From: an uncultured delta proteobacterium
GTDB taxonomy: Bacteria; Desulfobacterota; RBG-13-43-22
Length of the DNA: 21,650 bases
Assembly: GCA_963843145.1 (NCBI GenBank)
Contig: CAWJJC010000026.1
Span: 1 to 21,650, forward strand
Reading direction: 5' to 3'
Position numbers and translations under genes: made by a program
Notes under the pieces: model-generated
The model's database searches: none
Told to the model about the DNA's origin: nothing
What the model saw: only the letters and a program-made list of their open reading frames with translations
In this document: positions 1-8,128 of the stretch, in pieces
How positions within the stretch are numbered: the first letter of the stretch is position 1
How the letters are laid out: the number at the start of each line of letters is the position of its first letter

Positions 1-982
1 GTTGGTTTTGATGGATTGGCCTGACCCGTCGCCGGGGCCCGGAGAGTTGTTGATCAAGGTGTCCGCCTGCGGGGTGTGCCATACCGAGTTGGACGAAATC
101 GAAGGACGGACCCCCGCCGCGTTTGCCGATTATTTTAGGCCATCAGGTAGTGGGACGGGTAGCCGGATCCGGGGCCGGGGCCATTCGGTCCTTATCAGAT
201 GATTGGGTGGGAGTGGCCTGGATCTATTCGGCCTGCGAAAGATGTTCGTTTTGCCTCAGTGGAAATGAAAATTTATGCGATCGATTCCAGACCACCAGCA
301 ACCTGCACGGCGGATACGCGGAATACCTGACCGTTCCGGAAACCTTTGCCTACCCGACTTTCCGGAGACTTTTTCGGATGTGGAGGCGGCGCCCCTTTTG
401 TGCGCCGGGGCCATCGGCTATCGCTCCTCCGTCTGACCGGCATCCGGGATGGGCAGAACCTGGGTCTGGTAGGGTTCGGGGCATCGGCCCACCTGGTGCT
501 GAAAATGGTCCGCCACGGCCTACCCCAAGACCAAAGTCTTTGTCTTTGCCCGGACGGATAAAGAAAAACAGTTTGCCCGTGAACTGGGCGCGGTTTGGGC
601 CGGGGGGATGAGGAGCAATGTCCGGAGACACTGCAGGCCGCCATCGACACCACTCCGGCTTGGAAGCCCATCCTCGAAGCCCTGAAAAACCTCAGGGCGC
701 GGGCGGCCAACTGGTGGTCAATGCCATCCGAAAAGAAGAAGCGGACAAAAACGAGTTATTGAGGCTGGATTATCCTCAACACCTCTGGCTGGAAAAAGAA
801 ATAAAAAGCGTAGCCAACGTGACCCGGAAGGATGTGGAAGAATTCCTGTCCCTGGCGGCAGCGATCCCCCTCCGTCCGGAGGTCCAGGAATATATAAACT
901 GGAAGAGGCCGATCCGGCCCTGCTGGAACTGAAGGAAAGAAAGATCCGGGGGGCCAAGGTGCTGGTCATGCCCGGTCATTGA
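1..982 (+). CDS. Zinc-binding alcohol dehydrogenase family protein (MDR superfamily), 5'-partial, broken by several frameshifts
   Basis: Motifs are collinear but spread over frames: CGVCHTELD (catalytic Zn), [23 protein letters not shown] (structural Zn), [22 protein letters not shown] (NAD binding), C-terminus [13 protein letters not shown] with stop TGA at 980-982. Confidence 0.85.
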
Positions 983-1038
983 ATCAGGGCTTTTGGTCTT
1001 GCGGTCGGGGTATTCCCTTGCTCAAAAGCATCCGGCCC

Positions 1039-1063
1039 GTCATTCCCGCGCAGGCGGGAATCC
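1039..1063. repeat. REP/dRS3-like palindrome ATTCCC-N8-GGGAAT
   Basis: GTCATTCCCGCGCAGGCGGGAATCC lies between two convergent genes. A partial inverted partner GGGATTCCCGTTTTCGC follows at 1095-1111. Confidence 0.65.
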
Positions 1064-1140
1064 CAGCCTCCATTCGGCTTAATCGCATCGAATCGGGATT
1101 CCCGTTTTCGCTGAGCCGCCGGCTTACCCTGTTTCCCGGG

Positions 1141-1610
1141 TCAGGGTGAGGGGACCGGGAGCTTCGGGTCCAGAAAAGGCCGGGCCTGCGCGAACAAATC
1201 CAGAAAAAGACTGACCGTTCCGATTTCCGGTTCCCCTATGGAAAGGATGACCGTCTTCTTCCAGTGCAGGCTTCCTTCCCTTAACCCGTTGATCCTTTCC
1301 CAGGAGATGAGCAGCGGTTTTAGCCGCGGGAAAGAAGGGATTTTCACTTCCAGATAAAGCCCCCTGAGGGGTGATCCCCACCGTGGCGCATCTTTTGTAG
1401 ACCACCCCGCCACCACCTGGATGGTTTGGCCCTAACGGACAAGGTACCCTCGGGGGAAGAAAGGGCCGGGAAGGCCTCGGCCAGGCTGGACCAGCTCCCT
1501 CCCCGGCCGCCCAAGCCCTTCTGAGCCGGGGCAGCAAACCAGGCCGAGTAAGTGGACAAAAGGATAATAAGAGCGGCCAGGGCCAGGAAGAGCAGAAAAG
1601 TCGGGTCCAA
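1141..1610 (-). CDS. Hypothetical protein with N-terminal transmembrane anchor, frameshifted
   Basis: GGGAGA RBS before TTG at 1610. Hydrophobic N-terminus (FLLFLALAALIILL). Fragments from three overlapping minus-strand ORFs join as ...WSSLAEAFPA...GGVVYKRCATVGITPQ/GLYLEVKIPSFPRLKPLLISWERI...PVPSP*. Confidence 0.5.
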
Positions 1611-1809
1611 GGAGTCTCCCTTCGATTTAAGTGCGTGCCCCAAGCGTCCCACCCATTATGGGCTGACGTTGTTATCAGACAAGTCTTTAATTTCATTTGG
1701 CCAAGGGAACCGTTCTGTCGGCGGGCAGGTCAACCGGCGCCGCGGGAATTCCCGGGACCGGATCGCTTTCGCTGGAAGGATGCCGTGGCCGGCTTGAATT
1801 TGTGGGTTT

Positions 1810-1834
1810 AAAAAAAAGGCGCTTCGCCCTTTTT
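1810..1834. terminator. Short, possibly bidirectional intrinsic terminator
   Basis: A8-GGCG-CTT-CGCC-C-T5: a short GC stem flanked by A and T runs. Confidence 0.4.
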
Positions 1835-1898
1835 CGGTGGGTCCCCTCCTAGCTGGTATGGCCGCAGGGTCCCGGCGAAAGGGTTTTCCAAAAGTACT

Positions 1899-1916
1899 CC
1901 GGACTTCAAATCCGGT
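1899..1916 (+). other. tRNA-Sec anticodon-arm-like 18-mer (possible att core); not a full tRNA
   Basis: CCGGA-CTTCAAA-TCCGG-T is a perfect stem with a 7-nt loop and central TCA. No D-arm, T-arm or acceptor stem is recognisable in the flanks. Confidence 0.45.
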
Positions 1917-2035
1917 CAGAGTGGATCATCAATCCCTTCCTTAATATAAAATTTCTATTTACTCAAAATTACTCAAAATCCCCCTAATGCACTAACTGGC
2001 CTAAAACGACGTCCATCGAACTGTCAGATTCACAA

Positions 2036-2403
2036 TTACTTCACGCGACTCCGCACCCACTCCCACCATTCGTCTCCAGTCCATCGGTAAAGGGCATTGC
2101 TAAATATATCTGCGTACAGATACCCCCCACCCTTACCATGTCCAGGAAAAGTGGTTCCGTCCGGGGGGTTCAGAGACTCCGGTTCCAAATCAAAGTTATT
2201 CAAAAGATCAATGTAGTCTTTTCCAATGCCCAGAATGGCTTTTCAATGCGGCTGATTTTGACAACGAGAAACTTATTTCCAAGAAGAAAATAGTTGGAGC
2301 GTTTAAAAATTGATTTGAATTTTGAATAATACTCATTTCCGGGTTGCGGTGCTATGGCACCTACGGCTTGCGTGAACTCCTGTATTTCTTTATCCAACCT
2401 CAT
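2036..2403 (-). CDS. Hypothetical protein, ~122 aa after correcting one frameshift
   Basis: Strong RBS GAGAGGAGG before ATG at 2403. Adding one G near 2230 extends ...EKPFW into GIGKDYIDLLNNFD...GYLYADIFSNALYRWTGDEWWEWVRSRVK with stop at 2036-2038. Confidence 0.5.
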
Positions 2404-2556
2404 GCCTCCTCTCAATTTTTAAGGGCTTAGAAGTTATTCTAAGGTTTCTGGCCAACTCCCCAACCCACAGTCTTTCCTCCGGGCCTCTTGATTAACGGAT
2501 TGAAATGACCTTTCAGAATCTTCTCAATGCTAATTGGTTATGCATAGATTATTTTA

Positions 2557-3101
2557 TTATTCCATATAGTTAAGTGTCAAATCACAGAGTTCTAACATTT
2601 TGCCGAGCTGACTAATTCCGATTTTGTAATCTTTGTGAGATTCCATGTAATAACCTAAGAATTTGTTACGGGCCTAAAAAACTCATTGCCGTTTGGGTGA
2701 ACCGGTTTTTTTGCGATTAAGTAACGTTGACGGCTAGTCGCTATGGGCAAATGAGGGTCTATACGCCCAAGCAGTTTGTTTTGGGAGAGGAATTTTAATA
2801 CTTGCTCATAAAGGTCGGCAAGTGAGTCCGCACTAAGCATTTTGCCTTCGATTTCTACAACTGTCCCTCTTTGTCGTGGCATTCGAAACCTAGGATCTTT
2901 TTTATCTTTTTCGGCATGAGTTTTGTTAAGTAACTGACCTGATGCTGCGTTTGTTTTTTCATTAGTTTTTTTGTTTTGATTTTCTAACTCATAGAAATCT
3001 AAAATTTTTTCAATGACACTGCCGGAGTATCTTCGAGGGGAATAGCAAAGTTTTGCAGACGGGTGAAAATAGATTTCCGAAATTCTAATTACTTTACTCA
3101 T
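2557..3101 (-). CDS. Putative DNA-binding protein, ~180 aa: N-terminal ribbon-helix-helix-like segment, linker, SeqA-C-like domain; three apparent indels
   Basis: RBS GAGGAGGTG. Corrected N-terminus MSKVIRISESIFTRLQNFAIPLEDTPxSVIEKILDFYE, K/N/E-rich linker, C-terminus ...RQRYLIAKKPVHPNGNEFFRPV..FLGYYMESHKDYKIGISQLGKMLELCDLTLNYME*. The CDS is well supported; the fold assignment is inference. Confidence 0.6.
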
Positions 3102-3118
3102 TTTACACCTCCTCTATG

Positions 3119-3168
3119 TTTTTTCCGTTATTTTGTTACAAAATAACGGAAAAAAGGACTTGTGTCAA
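3119..3168 (-). promoter_or_regulatory. Sigma70-type promoter overlapped by a 37-bp perfect palindrome (candidate operator)
   Basis: Minus strand TTGACA (3168-3163), 17 bp, TATTTT (3145-3140). Palindrome TTTTTTCCGTTATTTTGT-T-ACAAAATAACGGAAAAAA at 3119-3155. Confidence 0.7.
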
Positions 3169-3202
3169 GCGAGAAAATAAATTTAGAAAAGTTTGTTATT
3201 GT

Positions 3203-3463
3203 TTAATCAATTCCCCTTTCAACGGTGCGGGCACCTTCTTTTTGAACTGTTGCAAATTTTGCAACAGTTGGGGCGAGCCCGAGTTCACCTTCCTGATATA
3301 TATTATGAATATGCCTGGAAATAACCGATTTATCGCGCTCAAATAAATCCGCCATCTGATTCAGACTCAGCCAGACGGTCTCTTGTTCAAGCTTTACCTC
3401 TAATGCCGTCTCGCCACCCTTGGTTTGATAGATGACGATTTCTCCTCTGGGCTCTTCTTTCAT
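3203..3463 (-). pseudogene. RhuM-family (virulence RhuM / Fic-associated N-terminal domain) fragment
   Basis: GEIVIYQT..G...LEVKLEQETVWLSLNQMADLFERDKSVISRHIHNIYQEGEL...TVAKFATVQKEG.R.V is the typical RhuM N-terminus. It stops just before the expected YYNLD..ISVGYRV motif, and no continuation is visible in other frames. Confidence 0.8.
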
Positions 3464-3489
3464 GCGCTTACCTCGGACATATCGTACAT

Positions 3490-3544
3490 AAATTTTACAA
3501 TTTGTAAAATTTTTATTGACTTTGGTCAATCGCCTGCTTACCCT
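3490..3544. promoter_or_regulatory. Divergent promoter region with two adjacent palindromes
   Basis: AAATTTTACAA-T-TTGTAAAATTT (3490-3512, perfect) and ATTGAC-TTTG-GTCAAT (3515-3530). Plus strand TTGACT-N17-TACCCT lies ahead of the GntR gene. Confidence 0.55.
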
Positions 3545-3600
3545 AAAAATACGACCATAAAGTAATTAGAGATTGGGAGGACCTCCTGCAGGTTTCCACC

Positions 3601-4245
3601 TTGCATCGACTGACCTTAAAAGAGCAAGCCTACCGGGCCTTGCGGGAAATGATCGCCGCCCGGCGGTTTTCTTCGGGCATTTGGATCAATGTCGAGGAAT
3701 TGACCAAGGAACTGGGGGTGAGCCGAACCCCCATCCGACAGGCCATGAAGCAATTGGAGGCCGAAGGGCTGGTTACCCACCTCCCCAATCGCGGGATTCG
3801 GATGGCCGAGATGACTTTGGAAATGGCCCGGGACCTGTACCAGGTTCGAGAGGTTTTGGAAGGGCTGGCTGCCGGACTGGCGGCGGAAAACATCAGCGCC
3901 GCCGCCTTAACCAGATTAAGGAAAATCCTGGCCGAACAGGCGGCCATAATCAAGAAGAAAGCTTTGTTGCCCTATTCCATTTCGGATTTTAACTTCCACC
4001 AGATCATCTACGATTCCTGCGGCAATCGACTGCTGAAAGAACAATTGGAACAGATCAAAGGCCGGTCCCGTCCCCTGGTCTGCGATATCACCTCCATTCT
4101 GGGGGAGCTTTATCAAGATCATCAAAACCTGGTGCAGGCCTTTAAAGTCCGAGACGCGGTGGAGGCCAAACAGGTTATGACTCGACATAACCAGAGAATG
4201 CGCCGGTTGATTGAGAAAACCCGAAGCGACCTGGAAGCGTCTTGA
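3601..4245 (+). CDS. GntR-family transcriptional regulator (FCD domain)
   Basis: LKEQAYRALREMI...LTKELGVSRTPIRQAMKQLEAEGLV winged HTH; C-terminal DFNFHQII...GN and DH motifs. TTG start is uncertain. Confidence 0.92.
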   Translation: MHRLTLKEQAYRALREMIAARRFSSGIWINVEELTKELGVSRTPIRQAMKQLEAEGLVTHLPNRGIRMAEMTLEMARDLYQVREVLEGLAAGLAAENISAAALTRLRKILAEQAAIIKKKALLPYSISDFNFHQIIYDSCGNRLLKEQLEQIKGRSRPLVCDITSILGELYQDHQNLVQAFKVRDAVEAKQVMTRHNQRMRRLIEKTRSDLEAS

Positions 4246-4306
4246 TGCTAGCACGGGTCAGCGGCGGCGAATCAACAACTAAAACCAATTTTAGACGAGG
4301 CAGCTT

Positions 4307-5230
4307 ATGGAACCTGCTTTTAAGGAATTACACTGGGCCCGGGACATCCCGGTTAAGGAATACTTATTTCCCGGTTCCTTACCCGAAGCGCTGGATATGC
4401 TGGACCACTATAAGGGAAAGGCCAGGGTCATAGCCGGCGGTACGGATGTTATCCCGGAGTTGCGCCGCCGGGACCTGGAGGTCAAGGCCCTGGTGGATAT
4501 CAGTCGCCTTCCCGGGTTGAACAGCATCCAAAAGGACGGCCGGCACATTATCCTGGGAGGTCTGGTCACCCATGGCCAGGTGGCCTGTTCTCCTTTGATC
4601 CGGGAAAAGGCCGGCCTGTTGGCCGACGGGGCGGCGGCCGTGGGATCTCCTCAAATTAGAAACATCGCCACCCTGGCCGGCAATTTGGTGAGCGGTCGGC
4701 CGGCTGCGGATACCAGTATCCCGCTGCTGGCTTTGGAGGCCTCGGTAACCATTGCCTCGAAAAAAGGAGAACGGGTGGTTCCCCTAACCGAGTTTTTTGT
4801 TTCCCTCGGGGAAACCGTGTTGGATCCCAGTCGGGAAGTGTTAACCCACATCCGTTTTCAGGAGCTGCAGCCGGACCAGGGCGGGTGTACCCTGCGTTTA
4901 AGCAAGCGTCGGGCGCTCACCCTGCCGGTCCTGGTGGTCGCGGCGGTGGTCACCGTGGATTCGAACGCCAGGGTATTTAAGAAAGCCGCCATCGCCTTGG
5001 GACCGGTGGCCCCCACTCCTTTTCGGGCCAGGGAAAGCGAGGCCACACTGCGGGGGGCTCCCCTGACCCGAGAGGCCATCCAAGAAGCCGCGGGCTTGGC
5101 CGTCCGGGAGTGCCTTCCTCGGGAAAGCCTGCTGCGTGGCTCCTGCAGTTACCGGCAGGAGATGATTCCGGTTTTTATCCGGAGATCCGTACAAAAGGCC
5201 TTGGAACAGGCCGGTTTTTCCGTTGACTGA
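4307..5230 (+). CDS. Xanthine dehydrogenase-family molybdenum hydroxylase, FAD-binding subunit (CoxM/CutM-like)
   Basis: IAGGTDV and VGSPQIRNIATLAGNL FAD motifs, AADT, IALGPVAPTP.RA; GAGG RBS. Confidence 0.93.
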   Translation: MEPAFKELHWARDIPVKEYLFPGSLPEALDMLDHYKGKARVIAGGTDVIPELRRRDLEVKALVDISRLPGLNSIQKDGRHIILGGLVTHGQVACSPLIREKAGLLADGAAAVGSPQIRNIATLAGNLVSGRPAADTSIPLLALEASVTIASKKGERVVPLTEFFVSLGETVLDPSREVLTHIRFQELQPDQGGCTLRLSKRRALTLPVLVVAAVVTVDSNARVFKKAAIALGPVAPTPFRARESEATLRGAPLTREAIQEAAGLAVRECLPRESLLRGSCSYRQEMIPVFIRRSVQKALEQAGFSVD

Positions 5231-5242
5231 GGGGTGAAGACG

Positions 5243-5728
5243 ATGAAAAAAATAGATCTGGTGTTCCAATTAAACGGCCGGGAGGTCGCCGTTAAGGTGC
5301 CCCCGGAAACCCTGCTGGTGGATCTGCTCCGGGAGGTATTAGGCCTCAAGGGGACCAAGATCGGCTGCCGGGAAGGAGAATGCGGGGCCTGCACGGTGCT
5401 GCTGGACAATGACCCGGTGAATTCCTGCATTTTGCCGGCGCTGAAAGTCGGCGGAAGATCGGTAGTCACCATCGAAGGTCTCAGCGGCCAAGACGGATCG
5501 CTGGATCCCCTGCAGCAGGCGTTTATCGATCAGGGGGCGGTCCAGTGCGGTTTTTGCACCCCCGGTATGATTTTGAACGCCAAGGCCTTGTTGGACAGGA
5601 GTCCCCGGCCCGATGAAACGGAAATTAGAAAAGCCATCTCCGGGGTACTTTGCCGCTGCACCGGCTACCACAAGATCGTCCAGGCGATCCACACGGCGGC
5701 GGATGTCAGGAAATTAAGTGAGGAGTAA
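5243..5728 (+). CDS. Xanthine dehydrogenase-family [2Fe-2S] subunit (CoxS/CutS-like)
   Basis: GTKIGCREGECGACTV, NSC, QCGFCTPG, LCRCTGY. Start is GTG 5234 or ATG 5243; GAGGGG precedes the ATG at suitable spacing. Confidence 0.95.
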   Translation: MKKIDLVFQLNGREVAVKVPPETLLVDLLREVLGLKGTKIGCREGECGACTVLLDNDPVNSCILPALKVGGRSVVTIEGLSGQDGSLDPLQQAFIDQGAVQCGFCTPGMILNAKALLDRSPRPDETEIRKAISGVLCRCTGYHKIVQAIHTAADVRKLSEE

Positions 5729-5731
5729 AGT

Positions 5732-8128
5732 ATGGGCACCAAAAAAGAAGACCAACCGCAAGTCCGGGTTTTAACCAGGGAAGCGTTCGATTTTCAGAAA
5801 CTGCTCCAAACTCCCAAAAAAGAGTTGGCCGTGGCCGGACGGTCGCTGCCCCGCACCGAGGCCCCTTTAAAAGTCACGGGGAAGCTGGCTTATGGTGGAG
5901 ATTTTGACCAACGGGGTTTTCTGCATGGGAAGATACTGCGGAGTCCTCACCCCCACGCGTTGATCAAATCGATTAAGGTGGAGCGGGCGCAGCAGCTCCC
6001 GGGCGTGGCGGCGGTCCTGACCGCCGGGGACGTGCCCGGCCGAAACGGCTTTGGAGCCATCATTCCCGATCAGCCGGTGATCTGCGGGGATAAGGTCCGC
6101 TACGTGGGCGACGCGGTCGCCCTGGTGGCCGCTGAAACCGAAAAGATCGCCCAAAAGGCCCTGGAGCTCATCGAAGTGGAATATGAACTCCTGCCGGCGT
6201 TTTTGACCCCCGGGAGGCCTTGAAGAAAGATGCTCCCCGGATTCATGAGAGCGGCAACCTGCTTTCCTACAACAAGCTCCGGAAAGGAGATCTGGAGACA
6301 GGGTTCTCCGAAGCCGAGGTGGTCATTCAACGCACCTATCAGGTGCCTTTCCTGGAGCACGCCTACCTGGAACCGGATGTGACTATGGCCGTCCCCCAGG
6401 CGGACGGCACCATGCTGGTCGAAGGACCCATGCAGGCCCCCTTTACGACCCGCCGCAATGTGGCCGCTGTCCTGGGCGTGCCCGTCAACCGGGTCCGCGC
6501 CCGCCAGGCGCCCCTGGGCGGGGGTTTCGGAGGGAAAGAGGATTCTCCCATCGATATCGGCTGCCGGGCGGCGGTGCTGGCCCGGCATACCGGGCGGCCG
6601 GTGCGGCTGGCCCTGGAGCGGGAGGAAATCACCCTTCAGACCTGTAAACGCCACCCCATGATTATGGAAATCAAGCTCGGGGCCAAAAAAGAATGGAACG
6701 CTGACGGCCTTTGAAGGGGTCATCTATGACGAGCAGGGGGCCTACGCCAGTCTGGGGCCGATGATTCCTCCGGCCGGAGGGTCCCACATCCATTCGATGA
6801 TCATGATGCCCGGGCCTTATGAAATACCCCACGTAAAAGTAGATGCCTATCTGGCCTTTACCAATCATCCTTATGGCGGGGCCATGCGGGGGTTTGGCGC
6901 CCCCCAGGTCCATATTGCCCATGAACAGATCATCGATGAATTAGCCCTGGAATTGGGGCTGGACCCTTTAGAAGTCCGCCGCAAAAATGCCCTCAAACTA
7001 GGCTCCGCCACCGCCACCGGGCAGGTGCTGGACCAGAGCGTTGGCCTGCGGGAAACCCTGGAAGCCTGCGCCCGGTCCTTCGACTGGGAAAAACGCTCCC
7101 GGGAGGCCGGCTATATCGACGCCGACAAAACGAAGCGGCGGGGCGTAGGGATCGGCATGGGCTGGTATCGAACCAGCATCGGCACCGCCGGTGACGGCTG
7201 CGGGGCCAATGTCTATGTGCATGAGGACGGATCGGTCCTGCTGTACAGCGGGATCACCGAAATGGGACAAGGGTCAGCTACCGTCCTGCCTCAGATCTGC
7301 GCCGAAGAATTGGGAATTTCCGTGGATCAGGTTCGGTTGGTGACACCGGACACGGATCTGGTCCCGGAATCCGGGCCGACGGTGGGCAGCCGCTCCACCA
7401 CCTTGATGGGCAATGCCATTATTATGGCGGCCCGGCAGGTCAAAGAATCCATCCTCGAGGCGGCCTCCGAATTGTTGGGGATTCCGGCTCATGGGCTGGT
7501 GGCCAGAGAAGGCCGTATCTTTAATCAGGAGAATCCCGATCGGTCCATTTTGTTCCGGGAGGCTGCGGCCCGGGCGATGACCCGGGGCAAACGTTTGATC
7601 GGGCAAGGCTGGTGGGCGCCGCCCCTGGCCACCCTGGATCCGGAAACCGGCCAGGGGAATCCTTATTTCGTCTATACCTATTCCACCCATATGGCCGAAG
7701 TGGTGGTCGACGTGGAGACGGGTGAGGTGGAAGTTACGGATTATGTGGCCGCCTTCGATATTGGCCAAGCCATCAACCCCCAGGCCGTGGAAGGCCAGAT
7801 TGAGGGCGGCGTGGCCATGGGGCTGGGCTACGCCCTCATGGAAGAGATCGTCTTGAAGGAAGGCGTCATTCAGAACCTGAATCTACAGAATTACCTGATC
7901 CCCACTTCCCTGGACGTCCCAAAAATTAAATCCCTTATCCTGGAGATGCCCAATCAACATGGCCCTTACGGGGCCAAGGGAATCGGAGAGATGCCCAACA
8001 TCCCGGCCACGCCCGCCATTCTCAACGCCATTGCCAACGCCTGCGGCGGGCGGGTCCGTTCCCTGCCGGCCGACCCGGAAAAAGTCTTTTGGGCCATCAA
8101 GGAGGCGGGAGGTCCCCCGGAAAAATAA
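5732..8128 (+). CDS. Xanthine dehydrogenase-family molybdopterin-binding large subunit, ~798 aa after two compensating indels
   Basis: KVTG, LRSPHPHA, EHAYLEP, GGGFGGKE, AMRGFGAPQ, EMGQG, VGSRST, EGQIEGG, AKGIGE. A base missing near 6199 (restores LPAVFDPREALKKDAP) and an extra A at 6685-6690 (restores KKNGTLTAFEG) explain the three ORF pieces. Confidence 0.92.

Noticed and set aside
2120-2175. Possible group II intron domain V/VI on the minus strand (GAACCCCCCGGACGGAACC...GGTGGGGGG)
   Set aside because: Does not fold into the domain V hairpin, no reverse transcriptase is nearby, and the stretch reads as coding sequence.
2420-2600. Integron attC sites in the AT-rich islet (e.g. TTCTAAC near 2590)
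   Set aside because: No paired RYYYAAC/GTTRRRY boxes with internal symmetry; the hit lies inside the corrected CDS; no integron integrase.
3084-3570. 13-bp perfect inverted repeat TCTAATTACTTTA (3084-3096) / TAAAGTAATTAGA (3558-3570) as an invertible segment
   Set aside because: AT-rich match plausible by chance, one copy lies within a coding start, and no recombinase is present.
5732-8128. Aerobic CO dehydrogenase (coxMSL) or a naturally split large subunit
   Set aside because: The active-site loop is AMRGFG, not AYxCSFR; the splits are explained by two compensating single-base indels.
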